A stretch of DNA of 64,000 bases from Camelus ferus. Lineage: Eukaryota. The stretch spans positions 94,428,001-94,492,000 of the forward strand of contig NC_045697.1 of the NCBI RefSeq assembly GCF_009834535.1. Direction: 5' to 3'. The translations under genes and the position numbers were made by a program. How positions within the stretch are numbered: position 1 is the stretch's first letter; each line of letters begins with the position of its first letter. Positions 25,201-40,490 of the stretch are shown piece after piece. Under the pieces are notes generated by a model. That model ran no database searches. It saw nothing but the letters and a program-made list of their open reading frames with translations, and had not been told where the DNA came from.

Positions 25201-26737
25201 CACAATGTATTTCATCGTTCACCCTGCTCTGTATTATTATTAATTGAACATAGCACATTACAAAGTTTTAATCCAATAACTGTAAATACATAATGAATAA
25301 TATTTCCTTGGAGACTGTCAGGCCTGCAAGAGCCCACTTGGTTTCATACTCTAAGATAAATAATACGGAAATCTTTTTTCTTTTCCAAAAGGGTTTCCAG
25401 ATATTTCGAGGGACACCATTGCAATGAATAACAATGCTGATTTATAATTTAAAGTTGTCCTTTCATTAAAAAACATTAGAGTCCTCTCCTAAAATATATT
25501 TAATTATATTTATAATAAAATATTATAATATAAAATATATATTTTATATTAAAATAAAATATATTTTATTAGGAATAAATATTCATAACCTTACATATAA
25601 TACTCTTAATTTTATTTATCATTTTATCTACTTTACTTCCACATAGAAGGTAATATTTTTAAAAAAACGTTTTGAGGGCTAGTATTCCAAAAGGGAAAAT
25701 GGAATCAAATGTTCAGTGTGGACGAGAATCCCTGTCAGCGTGGGGAGGGAACAGGATTATCATATAACGCTGCGAACAGAGCACAGCAAGACTGATGGGG
25801 CTGCCGCCTCTGCTGGCAGGAGCATGATACCTGTGTCCTCCTTATACATAAACACGTGCACTAGCGGGCAGTGCTCACTCCTAGCTACAGTGAACACACT
25901 TTGCATGAGGCCCCCGACCTGTGTTACAACCACTTAGCCATCATCTGTGCATGCACAAGCCTTAAAGATGACTCACTCTACTCTTGGCCTACTCACTCTA
26001 CTCACAATTCATACAGTTTATGTTCTTATTCATTACTGGAAAAGGAGAACATGTAGCTCCCGTGAAGTTTTTGGGCTGACTTCACACTGGATGAAGAAAA
26101 TGAAGAGAAAGCATGGTAATTAATAGAAAAAGAGTGATACTCTTACATGTTCTCCAGAACACACCATCTAAGTGTTCTGAGTGTGTCTGGTTTTTTAAAA
26201 ATATTATAATTGGTTTTATTTCTCTCAAAAGTAACTTTCTTAGTTGCTGCCATTTGTTAATGCGGTACATTTAACAAGTCCCATTGGCTCCTTCTATTAT
26301 TATAAAAGAATATATTTACAGCCACAGGTCTGCGCTAACATTCTAATTATAAACAATAGTAAGAAATATATTTGGCATAAAATTGTAAAAAAGTATATAA
26401 GTAATATCCAGGGTTGGTATTAAAGACATTTTATCATTATTGCCAATGGGATATAATGGATGCATCGAAACATGCGTGTGAGAGCCAAAAATAAACATTT
26501 GGTAGGCCACACTGGCTATTACTGGCTAGATAGCAACAAGCGCATATATAAAAGAAGTAGAAGTTTCATGAACCATACTTATACTTAATATTTGAAATAT
26601 ACCATTTTCTCCACTTTCTCCTATTTTAGTCTAATTTATTTCATGTTGAAATGTTGGGCACAAACCACTACATTAATTTCATGTTCTGCTGAGTCTAGAT
26701 CTGCCATGTGGCAAACACTGCATTAGATAAAACAACC

Positions 26738-26908
26738 ATAATTGTATAGCAGAGGGAGCTATTCAATATCTTGTAATAACCTACAATGAAAAAGAATGTG
26801 AAAAAAATATATTAAGTATGTATAACTGAATCACTATGCTATATACCAGAAACTAACAACATTGTAAATTAAATATACTTTGATAATACAACATAGCATA
26901 AAAAAAAA
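26738..26908 (+). mobile_element. L1 3' end fragment
   Basis: tgtatagcagaggga..tattcaatatcttgtaataacctacaatgaaaaagaat..tataactgaatcactatgct..accagaaactaac..attgtaa, followed by an A-tail. Confidence 0.75.
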
Positions 26909-28435
26909 CCCTTCTCTTTTCCAGGGACAAGTGTTCCTTTTGTTCTTCTATCACCAACCATGCACAAAACAGCTTCAAAATAGTCCACAAATATTTATTG
27001 GGTCCCACCTAAGTTGATAATTGTTTTCTTATTATTGTATGAAATTTAATGTGATATTCTAAATTCTATAGATCCAGAAACATTTCATTTTTAATGTCTA
27101 TGCTGAAGTTTATAACATAGTGCTATGATGATTTTTAAAAGTTTATTGATTTACAAGATAAATATTTCTTCTTTATGCTGTCAAATGGAATTACATAAGC
27201 ACATAATTATGATGAAACAATAATTGTGACTAATGAGCCATTATATATCTTTATATTTGAACATACTGGAGAGAAACATTGAAAGTAAAACAAAGACATA
27301 ATTGCTGTCACTTGGAATAATGGTGCCCCAAACAGAGAGCCAAACAGCATCTCAATGTCCTCTTACTTTCCGATGTCTTTAGCTTTGCTATTAGTAATAT
27401 AACACCCTCTAACTACCTCAGTTCAATTTTATGTTATTCTTACATGGTTTCTTGAGAGCATTTGTTACAATATTAATTAAACATGTTTTGTCATTATTCT
27501 TCATAATCATGTGTTTCTTACCACTGATGAGCAAAGATCCAAAGACTATATATGAAATGTTGAAAATGTAAAGTCACTAGAGGTGCTGTAGATAACTATT
27601 TTAGTCTTTCAAGGGATTTTCAGTGTATCTCAAAGTAATAAGGAAATCATTTTCACCTGATACTCAAGCAGAAGCCAGAGGATACCTCTGGGCCCCACTT
27701 GTCTAAGGAGAGCCTGGATCCTGAGCACACCTAGTTAAAAAGCAGTTACACACTCGGTGTAAAGAGAATCAGCCCCCATGGAGTTGGGGGAGGGGGAAGA
27801 CAGTGAACGTAGTTCTGGACCAAGAAGGAAACACGTGGCAGAAGATAAGAGAGCAAGACATTTTGATACAGATCGGATTCCTTCCTTTTTCACAAGGACA
27901 AACGCAGAACATGAATATTTTCTATCAACAGCAAAGAAGGCTTTCATACTGGGAAGTGACGGCCCAGATCAGAGAAACAGGGAAATTCATCATCGCATGA
28001 ACAGGCTATGGATAAATAAAGACAAGAAATATGAAATGATTAGAATGGAAACTATTCACTTAGTGGCACTGATGCTCTAATGAGGGAAAATTGGAAATTT
28101 GTATCATAAGAATTGTATATCATGAATAATTTGTCCTACACAAAGGTGCTTAACTTGACTGACACTAAACTGGAAATAATCCTCATGCCTTGGTTAAGGT
28201 TCAGTAATGTGCTGCAAATCCTGCTGACCTTTTCATACCGGGAGGCCTCCTCAGTTAAAGCCTCCCTTCACCCCTGCGGGAAGACGGGTCTCCAGAGCTC
28301 CCTATGCTGTCTCACTGCCACAATTTCATTTCAGAGTCTGATACCCAGAGGAAGCAGTCTAAGTAAAAGGCACTGCTGTCTGCAGAATTTTCACTTTTAT
28401 ATGAAAGAGTCACATAGGATAAGAGCAAATAAAAC

Positions 28436-28443
28436 GTGTATGT

Positions 28444-28486
<43 letters not shown>

Positions 28487-28509
28487 CATATATATATATA
28501 TATATATGT
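28436..28509. repeat. (TG)n(TA)n compound microsatellite
   Basis: Directly visible. Confidence 0.95.
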
Positions 28510-30749
28510 AAATCATTTAAACCATGACACAGCTGCCTCAGTGACTGACATACTTCAAGGGCAGTTGGTTTGAAAGGGCCTTTTATTATTTATAATTTTG
28601 AAAATATACCTCTTTCAAGTTTGCTTCTTTCTGCATTTGGTATGGGTTAAGTGCAACACTCGGAAAATACAAAGCAAGGATATCGGTGACAAGAGAAATA
28701 GCTTTAGTATTTGTTAAAAATCCCTTCTCTCCATCTCAAACCCCGGGTTTTAGTGAAAATCCTCAGGATTGTTTGTCTTGTTTATTCATAATAATAGCCT
28801 TGAATATAAAGTCTGTCTCTCCAAATAATCTTCTTCACCATTATCATTTCTCTAAAATACAAACTAAAACTCAAGATGGATCATGGTTTCACTCACCCGT
28901 TTACTATGTATACACTGCTTCGTGATTCCCTGTAGGTTGAAGTTACACCAGGGTCTTGATGAATTGTCTCAGCTATTGTAGCATCTACTCTATAAGAATG
29001 GCCACATCCTGCTCCTTGGCCACCCTTAATTGCAGTGTTTCCCAAATCTCCCATATGCAGTCACGCCTATGTGCCTTTGCACATGTCTGTGATTTTCCTT
29101 AAGTCCATTCTCCTCATTTTCTTCTTAAGAAAGTGCTTCCCCTCCTTCAATCCCATTTCCATGTGAAACTGTCACTTATTACTGTAGAATAATAATCCAT
29201 AACATTTGTTTTCATGCTTTAGAGTATTCAAAAAGTGTTTAATTCATTTTTATATTCCTGTGCATACCGAAACAGTCAATAAAGTTCGGTTAGTTCTAAC
29301 TTATGGAGTGACTAAATTCTTATTTCCTGCTCTCCTGGAAGCCTTCAACATTTTTTTGTTGTTGTTGTTCAGAAATAAAAGATATATGAATGACAGTAAT
29401 CAATATTTATCCCAAACATTCAAGCAAATCAATAAACAAAAAAACAGAGGCCTCTGAATTGTCGACACAGTAAGGACAACATTAGTTTTCACTGCGTTAT
29501 TTGCAAGTTTCTTTCTTACCTCTCTTACTTTGAAAATGCATGCAGCTCCAGATATTTATTTCAAAGTCTTCTTGAAATAATGGATAGCTTTGCATTTGCA
29601 AACACATTAATTTGTTTATCTCATCAGCAACTTAGCAGCTGTTTGAAGTTGATGCCGTCAGTATCCACTATATCAAATTTGAGTTGATTTTTTTAATTGA
29701 CCACTTACCCAATTGCAAGATAACCTCAGGTCTTAAAATTTTACTCAGATTCATTAAAGTTATTTAGTGCATAAAAAAGGCATATTGCTCCCCATACTCT
29801 GTCAAATCCTTTCAATACTCATACCAATCAATTTGTTAGTTCAGCACCTTTTCAATGGGTACTTGTGAGACTAGTCTCTTAACAACAGGAGAATAATGAT
29901 AAACTACCTAGAGTGTACTGTTGAAAGAATAATCGACACCAAAAGAAAGTTATGCTTCTCCTCCACAAGCATATTTTTTACATAAACATGTTAAATTCAT
30001 ATGTTACAAAATAGATTTATAAAGCATATTTTTTCATATATGGCAACATTTGTACATGGAAATTTTTATAAGCTGACACATTTACCTTTTGCTGGAAGCT
30101 TACATTCTCACTTGTTTTACTTTTTGTTAACCTTTTCCTTGACAATTTTTCTGCATCCTACAATATTAAAAATAGTAACTAAATAAAATTTTGTATTGTA
30201 AAATTGTATCTACAGTAGCACATGTATTATAAAAATCAAATTAGAATATATGTAATATTTTTAGATTACATATACAAATAATTCTACACAGAGGAAAATG
30301 CCTTAAGCATTTAACTTTTGTTTAATGGTAAAAGTACTTATTCATGTGGCAGTGTCCATCTTTATAAATGGCCTGGTAATTTGTCTTTTTTTTTTTCCTA
30401 ATTTGATAATGAATTTCTCTTTAAGCTTAAAAATCATCCATTTAAGTCCAAATTCATCACAGTATACTTATATATCATTCTATAATACACATATGTATTA
30501 TATATATCATACCAAGCCATACTTTCTCTCTTAGTTCTCTGGTGGATGTTTGTGACTTTCATTTATAGAGGAAATACATGAGGAGGAGCAGGATTGGACT
30601 AGCTTTAAAAATTATTAACTATTTCTATTTTATAAATATAGATCTTAACCTGCCTATGGTATACATAAATGGATAATTCTCCAGAGAAACTTCATATACA
30701 TGTCAGCATCTTTGTAGCTCAGGAATTTTGTTTTTTTCCTTTTTTTGCT

Positions 30750-30753
<4 letters not shown>

Positions 30754-30788
<35 letters not shown>
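30754..30788. repeat. (TG)n microsatellite
   Basis: Directly visible. Confidence 0.95.
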
Positions 30789-30791
<3 letters not shown>

Positions 30792-31157
30792 GGTTTTGGT
30801 GATAGATTAGAGCATGTTTAAAAGCTTATGAGAATAAGTCACTAGAGAGCCTGAGACTGAAGACACAAGGAAGACAAGACATAATTGATAAGTGAGGTCT
30901 TGAGCAGGGAGCAAAGACAGATATCAGAACCTGGTTAGAAAGAATCAACCTGAGAAGCAAGAGAATAATTACTCTCCACTGCACTAAAGAAAAGAGGAAT
31001 GAATGTACTGGTGCAAGTAGGCTTCTTGGTTCAGAGGTACAAGTTGACGGAATTCCTACGTTATTGCTTATAATTCCTTTTTTGAGTAGAAAATTAAATT
31101 ATTTTCTTAAAGTGGAGTTTTAGGTGAATATAGATGATGTTTTGAAATTAATTATAA

Positions 31158-31290
31158 TGAAGAGAGGGAGAGAGTAAGGAAAGAAGGGAGAAAGAAAGAG
31201 AAAGGGAGGGAGGGAGGGAGGGAAGAAGGACGAGAAGGAAGAAGAAAGGAAGAAAGAGAAAAAAAAAAGGAAGGATAAGAAAAGCAAAGA
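31158..31290. repeat. Purine-rich (GGGA/GAA) low-complexity tract
   Basis: Directly visible. Confidence 0.85.
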
Positions 31291-33886
31291 TGAACCTGGT
31301 GCAACCTGGCGCACTGCTGAGGGTCTCTCGGTACTAGTGATTCTAAGTTTAAGTGGAGCCAATGTGCAGTCAAGTGTCTTCTACCAAAGTCGACCTGACT
31401 TCCACAAATGAGTTTTTTCATTCAAGGTTGGTATTTTTCTAGACAAATGTGTTGTGTGGACAATGTGACAATGTAACTGGATCACCTCAAATTTGAAGTG
31501 ATAGCCCTTGAACTAGATGCAGATAATGGAAAAACATGGAGCACAGAGACACTGAGAAAATAAAGTGGAAGAGTCAAGAGAGCAGACATGTCAGAGTAGT
31601 CAAAGAGATGTCAAATTTGTTTTATAAAAATTATATGATGACCTGTAAACTCCTGAATCCAGGATGCTACAGCAAGTGTGTTTTCTGATTTATACAGATC
31701 AGCTATATAAAACTCACATGCCAAGTCTGAAGCATTAAGATACATTTTCCTACTCTGTTAGAGCAATATAATTGATACATGTCTAGCTTTATGGTTGTAA
31801 GAAGTAGGAGCAAGTAACAGTCACTTATACAGCTCCTCCTGATGAGAAGCGACAGTAAGTATTTAGGCACATACGTACATTTATAACTTATACTACATTT
31901 ATATATATACATTTATAACTACATACATTTAACTCATTGAATATTTTATTATGTTTAACTTTTACTTCAATTGAACGGCTTTAGTTTCAGTTTTAAGGCA
32001 TCGACACATCATAGCTCCACTGTAATTTTATTAACAAAATATACAATAGCATTAAAACCTTGTTTCAACTATCCATCTGGAGGAAGACATGGTAATAGTG
32101 TCACTGTGTACATTCAGTGATAGCACTTGTTTCCTGTGTGGGTGTGTGTTTGTGTGTATTTAAAGTTTCTTCTCAATTATTTCTTATAGGCTGTTGTGAA
32201 GACATTAGGAAAGAATTTCGAAGTTGGTTTTTGGAACTTTTGCAAAATATTGTTGCCTAAAGTAATTTTTACTTCATCTATCTCCGTTAAAACCCACAAA
32301 AAGTGGGGGAAAAACAATATCTAAAAGAAAAATGTTGCATGGAACAAAGAAACAACTAAAGAAACTAAGCTATAGAGAGCATTCTTGTCAAATACTATGG
32401 TAGTTGCATTAATATAGAGAAAGATATGTCAAAACACACACACACAAAAAAAATGATATGAACAAAAAAAATAAGGTAACTTAGAACAAAATGCAAATTT
32501 CTAGAAATCATTATTAGTCATGAAAATCCCATCTAAAATTCCATTGATGAGAAGAGTATGTTAGAATCGTGATCAAATCATGAAAGGAGACATTTCTCTA
32601 TAGAGAAGAGTGAATGTTGCGAAGGTAGACACTATACTTCAATGAAATTACTATTTTCAATTTAACAACCTAATCGGATAACTTTAAAAATGAAAGGCAA
32701 GCAGAGACATCTAGGAAACACAAAGTGACTTTGTGATTTTAATGGCTTTACTTTCTGTAGCACAAATCTTTGAAACACCAACTTTTGAAGGCACTATTAC
32801 TAAGAAAACAACAGATTTCATAGGAGAGTATTTTAAAACAGCAAACATGAACCTTATGTGGATACTTCTCAAGTCTCTACCTCTCTGCTTTTTATCTCTC
32901 CTCAAGAATACATTTCAGTAAATTGCTGACTACATTTAAAAATAAGTAATAGTCTCCAAGATACAATTACATACAATTTTTAAAAGGTGAAGAATTTATA
33001 GCAGAGTAAGATTATTCAAAGACATAGTTCAACTAGTAAAATTTTGAATGGCATGGTATTACTAAGCAAAACAACATAAAAAATAATATAACAGCTCAAT
33101 GATGGGAAAATTTTTAAAAAAATTTTTTAAAACAAGTTGATAGAACTTAAAAAATAGAAGAATAAAAAGAGTGTAGAAACTAATATAACATTAAAAGCCA
33201 AAAACATACAACTGAGAACATTTGAAATTCCTATTGAAACCATACCAAATGTTGGGGAAAGATAAAAAAATATAAATATAAATAAAAATTAAGTGGCAGA
33301 ATTATAAGGGAAACAGAGAAGTTCCCTTGTGCACAAAAACATTGGTCCTAAATAGGAGAACAGAAAATAATGCATAAGAAAAAAAATTAGAGAAAAAAAT
33401 CTTTTAAAATATATGAATATTACAAAGATCTGTATTTTACCTCAGTTAATATGGGAAAAACAATATTAAAATAAACTCATTAAGTACTCAACTTTAATAT
33501 AGAATAATTTAAGCAAATAGGTAGTAAAAAATCAGATTACTTACAAAGGGGAACAGAAGTGTTATCAGCCTGATCTGTTTCTCCATAGTAAGAGTAAATA
33601 GTACCAGAATTCAGAAAAGCAACATGTATACTGTTATGAAGGAAATAAGTAAGGCCTCATGACTTACAACTTAATCTAAATTTTGCTTCAATATAGGGTA
33701 TGTAGAATCAAAGGAATTCAATTTATAAATATTTATTTAGGGTTTTTGCATGTAGTCATAATTTAAATTGTTCCCAAATTGTCTTAATTTTGAGAAATAC
33801 TTTTGAAAAATAAAGCCTATACTATGACAATGTAAAAAGAAATAACACATTGGGTAGTTTTTTTTCTCAGTATTTAGAAATATGCA

Positions 33887-33941
33887 GAATTTGACACAAC
33901 ATTGTAAAATGATTATAAATCAATAAAAAATGTTAAAAAAA
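33887..33941 (+). mobile_element. Extremely 5'-truncated young L1 (3' terminal 55 bp)
   Basis: gaatttgacacaacattgtaaaatgattataaatcaataaaaaatgttaaaaaaa flanked by a perfect 11-bp TSD AGAAATATGCA (33876-33886 and 33942-33952). Confidence 0.85.
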
Positions 33942-36900
33942 AGAAATATGCATATACTCTAAGTCACAAGAATTCCATCTCTAGGTATAAATCACAGAGA
34001 AACCCTTGTGAAAGTGAATAATTATACCTGTCCAAGAATATTTATTACAAAATTTCTGAAAGAGAATATTCAAATGCCTAAATGATCAATCATGTTAAAA
34101 TTATAAAACAAGACTATCAATATCAACATATATAAATTTCCAAAGCATATGAATGGAAAAAAAGTTGTACCATATTAACACCATAACAAAAATATAAATA
34201 TTTTAAAAACTGTTAACAAATTAAAAGCCAAGTTAACAAGTAAATGAGATAATCTAACAGTTCACAGAAGATAGCAAGTTGCATTATTTTGCATAATCAC
34301 ATAATTTTGCATAATATAGTACTTTAAGATATTATTTAAATCTTATTCTATCATGAAAAATACATATATTACCATAAGTCCCTCCATATATATATTTACA
34401 TATAATAAATATGTAAAGCACTCAGTGTATGATAGCTGCATTTTGCCATGATCAGTGGTGCCAGTGAAATAGTTGATACTTTAGAGACATAATTTTTTGT
34501 ATGGGAAAATAAATTGTGTTGCTTCAAAATAAATCCAAATCTGTCTACAACAATTAAGATAACATATTAGGAAAAAAAGTGTAGAAACTGAATATATCAT
34601 CATCTTTAAAAGAAGTTATCAAAGGAACTTCTACAAGGAACAACTACAGACATTAATTCAAAATGTTTTTTTAATCGTACTTGGCATTTAACATTGATAT
34701 AATAATACTCATATACAAAAGCTAGTGTTTCCTAAATTTTACTAGTCATTTAGTAAATTTTAAGAGTAATGTAATTTCTTTTAGGTAAGAAATTGTGTCT
34801 ATACTTACTTTTTCAATTGCATGATTTGTCCTAACTGTGTATTCGTTGTTAGCTAATTGGAATCAATATTGGGACCATTACTATTCACATATAACTACAA
34901 CAAAATATTGACATGTTTAAATATTAAGTAGTTTTTAGAAAATAATTTTGAATAAAGAGGTGATACTTGGCCATTAAAATCTTATTTAATAGCATTTAAG
35001 ACACTCATACTAATCAAACCTTGTCTTATATGACTTTCTCCTACGACATAAATAAAATATAGCTACATTTTTGGAAATTAAACTTTATTTTATATTCAAG
35101 GATAAAAAAGCTCAACAAAACCAAACAAAAATTATTAATTGTTGGTGTCCAGAAAAATGATTAATTCTTTTTATCTTACATGTGATCTAATTTGTTCAAA
35201 TCTATGAACCTGTCCTACAACACAAATGCAATGCATATGCAAGCAAATATCAACTTAATTTTAAGAGATCTGACTGTGAATATATTAATTAAGTATTTTT
35301 ATTAATAGATAAAAATTGTGCTAGGATAAGAACATACTAACATGTAGGCTGTGACAAAGTAGACAAATAACTGGCAAAAGTCAATCCTAAAATAAGATAA
35401 TTGAAATTTAAGTGTAGCCTCAAATCATATGTTACTTTATTTCTCCATTTTAAAAAATTATCCAAATTTGTATTTATTTCTAAGCCTCACTAACAATGTC
35501 TATGATGAGAAAAACGAAAGTCTTGTCACTATTTCTACTCTAGTTTTCTCATGACTACTGGGAATTTTTTTTTTCATAAGACAACAGGTTGAGTTTTACA
35601 TCTGAATCCACAAAAGATACCTAGCATTGAATTTTTTTCATAATAAATACTGGTTTGAAACAAAAAAAGCATCATTGTCAATGTGAAAATCTAGACTAGA
35701 CATGATGACTAAATAAATAGTATACACACTATGGGATAAACATTTAAACACCATGGGAAACTGTACAGACTAAATAAAACTTTATAAACTATGGGAATTC
35801 AAACTTTCAGAAGCTCTGAAATACCAACTAAGAGGAATGGAGATAATGAATAATCCTGTCTGTACATGAAAATAGGCCACATTGACATAAAAGCAATATA
35901 TTTGAAATGTACCATGATGGGCTGTCAAATAGGGCTTTTTGCTCAGACACACAGGATTTTCCTTCTCTCATCTTTTGTCTTCTCATCATCTATCAAACAC
36001 AATCCTTTGTCTCATTTTCTACTTAAAGACTTCTCTGACAACATGAATTCCATTATTTTTCCACTTTCTCTGTTCATTATCTTATTTTTCAATTTTGGGG
36101 GTACATGTTTACATTTACATTAGTAAACATTTACTAAATTTCCTCAGAAGTAAATAATAATAAAGAGGGTCAAGGTATGTTAAGAGACTTGAAGCTACGA
36201 CTACCAAGAATCTATGAAAAAATAGTTTAAAAATAAGTAGACTGTATTAGCTACCATAAGAGGAGGTCCTAAGGCAGAGTAGTTTCAGGAGTCTTTAATT
36301 CAAAGATATTATCAAGTATCCAAATGTGTCTGTTAATCTCTTCACTGTTGACCTATCAGGCTGGAACCTCTCGTGCCTTCCAGACAGCTGCAAGAATCCC
36401 AGGTGTCTTTAAGCCCTTTAAATTTTTTTTTTTTTAATAGTAAAACCTTTCCTCCCAGCACCTATAGGAAAATGGTTGGTTCGAGGTAATCAGTATTCAC
36501 TTGTGGACATTTGGAAAACACTAACCACAATGACTCTGAGGTAAAAGCTAAATAAAATGCATTGACAAATAAATAAATTGTACTGCTGACTTTTATCCTT
36601 TGCTTTGCTTTCCATTCCAAAGTTGAAAGAAAAATGTCTAAGAAGAAGAAGTGGGTTTGACAAATAAACACTTATTTTAATTGCTGAAGTACATCAGACT
36701 AGTCTCCTTCAAGAAGACTGATTTGTTTGCAATGTGAGATTTAAAGCTCTCAAGCATCCTGATATCTAACATCAACATCAATAACTAAATAGCCATTCAT
36801 TAATGGCATGTTGACTAATGCCCAGGGAAGCAGTCTAAAATTGTTAGCCTCTCATTTCTCAAAACAAGGTTTCTCAATTCTTCCTGACTTTTACTCTTAA

Positions 36901-37242
36901 ACCCACTGGACATCAAAACTCTTACAAAGGTCTTGGGAACACCAGTTACTAACATTGCCCATGATTTTCTCAGGTCTCTATACACTGTTCACATCAAACT
37001 TTCATTTCTTGATGACTGTTGATCTCAGTTGATGATTAAACTTAAAAAATTCCATAAACAATTTGAATGACCAATAGATTTAATGTTTCTGATTGGTCAT
37101 TCATACTTTTAATGGGTATTAAATATATAGGGTTCTATTTGGCGAAATTGGAAGGAGAGGTATCTATAAGAATGGTTCCATTCAGTGCTTACTGATTACT
37201 CTTTAGGAACTAGAGAAAGATTATTTGAGTCTGTGGTATATA

Positions 37243-37372
37243 TTTGTTTTTTACTGAAGTATAGTCAATTATAATGTGTCAATTTCTGGTGTACAGCACA
37301 ATGTCCTAGTCATACATATACATACATATATTCGTTTTCACATTCTTCCTCATTAAAGGCTATTACAAGAAA
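37243..37372 (-). mobile_element. L1 3' end fragment
   Basis: tttttactgaagtatagtcaattataatgtgtcaatttctggtgtacagcac..cattaaaggctattacaaga. Confidence 0.75.
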
Positions 37373-38987
37373 TGTGGTTTTTTTTTTTTTTTTTTTTGCA
37401 TATTGTTATATCAGCCCCAGATTCTTTAATTCTAGAATGTTTGATGAGGACAAAACACTCATGACAAAATTTAGGTAAACTTTGCCTTTGTTTCTGTTTT
37501 AAAAATTTGCTACATATAATTTTGCAGGAATTACAATTTAATGCAAAGAAAAGAATAGAGAATGAGACTAACAGCTTAATTTGCTTCTCAACATTGACAC
37601 TGCGTATGGAAATGATGGTACCCATCTTCTAGAGAAGGAATTGAAGGTAACTGTCAAGGAGAATATGACAACATACATAGGTTCTATGCTCATAGTTAGA
37701 TGTCTGTTTTACTCCTTAACATACCCTCACTAACAAGCTGCTCATTTTCATTCTTACTATTGGCTGACAGACAATGATGCATCTTTATAGAGACATTTTA
37801 TATCCCATTTTCTTTTTGGCTTATGCTTTTGACAAACCGGAGAGTGTTAATCAAAGTGAGAAAACCCTATAATTTATCTTAATTGTAGAATTAATATTTA
37901 AACATTGCATGCTTTACTCCCAGGCACTTAAGATTTACTTCCTTATTTACAGGCTCAAGTGTAGTGAAATTCATTGATCGTGAGAGCCAGGAATACAATT
38001 TCACTCCCATCCTCCTTAACAGTTACCTTGAATCCTGAGTACTCCACCAAAACAGAAAATACAAGGAGTTGTAAATGACTTTCACCCTGATTCTTTTGTC
38101 CTTGTTATTCTATTAAAATCACATCTGTACCCAATGGGCCACATCAAAATAACATATTAACCCTTGATGTATATTTAGGGTATCATTTTGCATTTAATTA
38201 CTTCATGTGATCCTTTGCTACCTCACTGAAGAATTGTGAACTCTGAGGTCAGGCCTCAGGTAATTTAAAAATTCTGGTATTTGCTTTAGGATCCTCTGTA
38301 ATACAAAATAGGCTCTCATTTAATCTCATTAAACTTTCCTTTAGATGATTAAAATAGTTATCATAAGAAGAATTTTTTGATAATGTACCATGCCAATTGC
38401 CATTTAATAAAATCCAGGAGTTCATATGCAATTATCTTTGTGTTTAGAATAGACTGTCCCTTACAAGAGGAAGAAAATTCAAGTTCTTCAAGCTATTATA
38501 AGCTATTGTCTCCAATGGTACCCTTCAACCTACACCTATCTATTAAATATTTTAGGATAAACGATTAGAAGATGCTAAATATCAACATATTCTTGAAGAA
38601 TTTCTAGCATTCAGTGTAATATTTTTTGTGAAAGTGTGATTGTAAAATTTAGATTAAATAATGAGCTCTGTCTGGCAGTTGAGACTGGACAATATATCTT
38701 TGAATGATTTATAAGTATTATTCATGCAAAGTGTTCTCCTCGGCAAACATTTGGTTGATTGGCCAAAACTAGCATTAACTTGAAAAAATTTTCAAATGAA
38801 ATTAGACCGTCAATTCAGATACTGGTTGAATAGGTTTTGGGCCAAGCAATCATTCAGCCTGGAAATTTTACAGAATTAATTGGATCACTCTTCATTTTGT
38901 GTGAATTGCTCTGAACACAAAGATCAGACATTCACCACATTAGAATTTTAAAAAGGAAAAAGAAAGAAAAAAAAAAAAAAAAAAAAA

Positions 38988-39540
38988 GAACAGCTCCTGG
39001 CATTCAGAAAATGGCCTGGCACTCACATCTAGGCCAAGTTATTTCCCGTTACATATAAACAATCTCACAGAGCACCAGCCTCAGACAAGGTTATTCTGAG
39101 ACCATGATAAAATGAGACAGAGAAGCCACTTCATAATTGTGCCTATGCACAGATCAAACCAAGATTATTGTAAAATCTCCAGAATACAAAGTACCGCCTT
39201 CACTGTCTGGGTAAAATAAATGAATATTTCTTAACTAATTACAGTGCAATTCACGTGTTAATCTCCACTTTCTGTGGGTAAATTTTACTGAGATGGGCAA
39301 TCACAGAATTGCCTCCACTTTCTGACAGCATCTAATCCAGAGGAAACACTTGCCTCCTTCCACCTTCCCTCAAATTACTCAGCCAAAGCAACTAATCCTG
39401 TAATAGGTCCTTTCTAAACCTTCTTACAGAGACACCCCATGGTTCACCATGGTCTATGTTCTCCCTTGCTACAACAAGGGATAAATCCAGTTTGTTTAAC
39501 TACAGATGTGTTTCTGCTGATCTTTGGCTTAAGTGTTATG
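38988..39540 (+). mobile_element. ERV LTR, family unassigned, preceded by a poly(A) tract at ~38950-38987
   Basis: LTR-like U3/R features: ctcagacaaggttattctgagacc, cttacagagacacccc, ataaatccagtttgtttaactacag. Confidence 0.55.
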
Positions 39541-39869
39541 TGAAAGTGACAATAATTAGGGTAATGTGGCAAAGAGACAACAGCCGTGGACATCAACTAT
39601 CTAAGTGATGCTTGCTTTCTTGTTTTAAATTCTCTTATGCCTGAAAACAAACAAATGCACACATGCACAAAACCTTCTTTAACATTCCAGCCCACAGGAG
39701 AACAGCAGAAAATGATATAAATTTACCATGATTATGAGAAATAACACCTCGAGTCAGGAGTAATGAGAGGAAAGACGTGGGTAAATAGAGGTATTTTTGA
39801 GTTTGAAAAGGAAAATCAATCAGGGGTGTTTCCTTAGATTTTTTTCTTCCAACAACTTGGTGTGTGGGT

Positions 39870-40490
39870 GTGGTAGGCTGAAAAACAGCCCCTCAGTATG
39901 TCTGAGTTCTAATCCTTGGAATCTGTGAATGTGCTACATTATGCTTTACAAGGGATTTTGCAGATATAATTAAGGTTATGGACCTTAAAATAAGGAGATT
40001 ATCCTGGCTTATCTTAGTGATCCAGTCTAATCACACGAGCCTTTAAAAGCAGAGTATTTTCTCTGGCTAGAAGCCAGGAGTGTAGCAGAAGGAGAAAGAG
40101 GAGGAATGGGAAGTAGAGAGAGACCTGACCTGCAGTCCCTGCACAGAAGTTGCGTGGAACACCTGAGAAGAAATGTGGCAGCCTCTAGGAGCAAAGACTG
40201 ACTGCACTGGACCTGACAGCTGGCACCAAAATGGGGACCTCAGTCCTACAACCACCAGGTGGAACCCACAACTTGGGTGATCTTGGAAGTGGATCCAGAG
40301 CCTCAGGAAAGGAATGCAGCCTTACTGACTGACACCTTGATTTCAGTTTTATGAAAACTGAAGCAGAGGACACAGCTGTGTGAGAATCTATACCTGGATG
40401 CTGACCTGCAGAACTGTGAGATAATGCATGGGTGTTGCATCCTACGGCTAAATTTGTAGGAATTTGTTACCACAGCAATAGAAACTAAAA
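39870..40490 (+). mobile_element. MaLR MLT1D/E-like LTR
   Basis: tgtggtaggctgaa..ctaatccttggaatctgtgaatgt..gagattatcctgg..gacaccttgatttcag..aatttgttaccacagcaatagaaactaa. Confidence 0.85.

Noticed and set aside
25526..25551. 26-bp perfect AT-only palindrome; also short hairpins at 37064-37103 and 40764-40804
   Set aside because: Low complexity or 11-12-bp arms, with no supporting context for function.
27778..28080. 100-aa ATG-initiated ORF
   Set aside because: No recognisable domain, promoter or splice context; consistent with a chance ORF.
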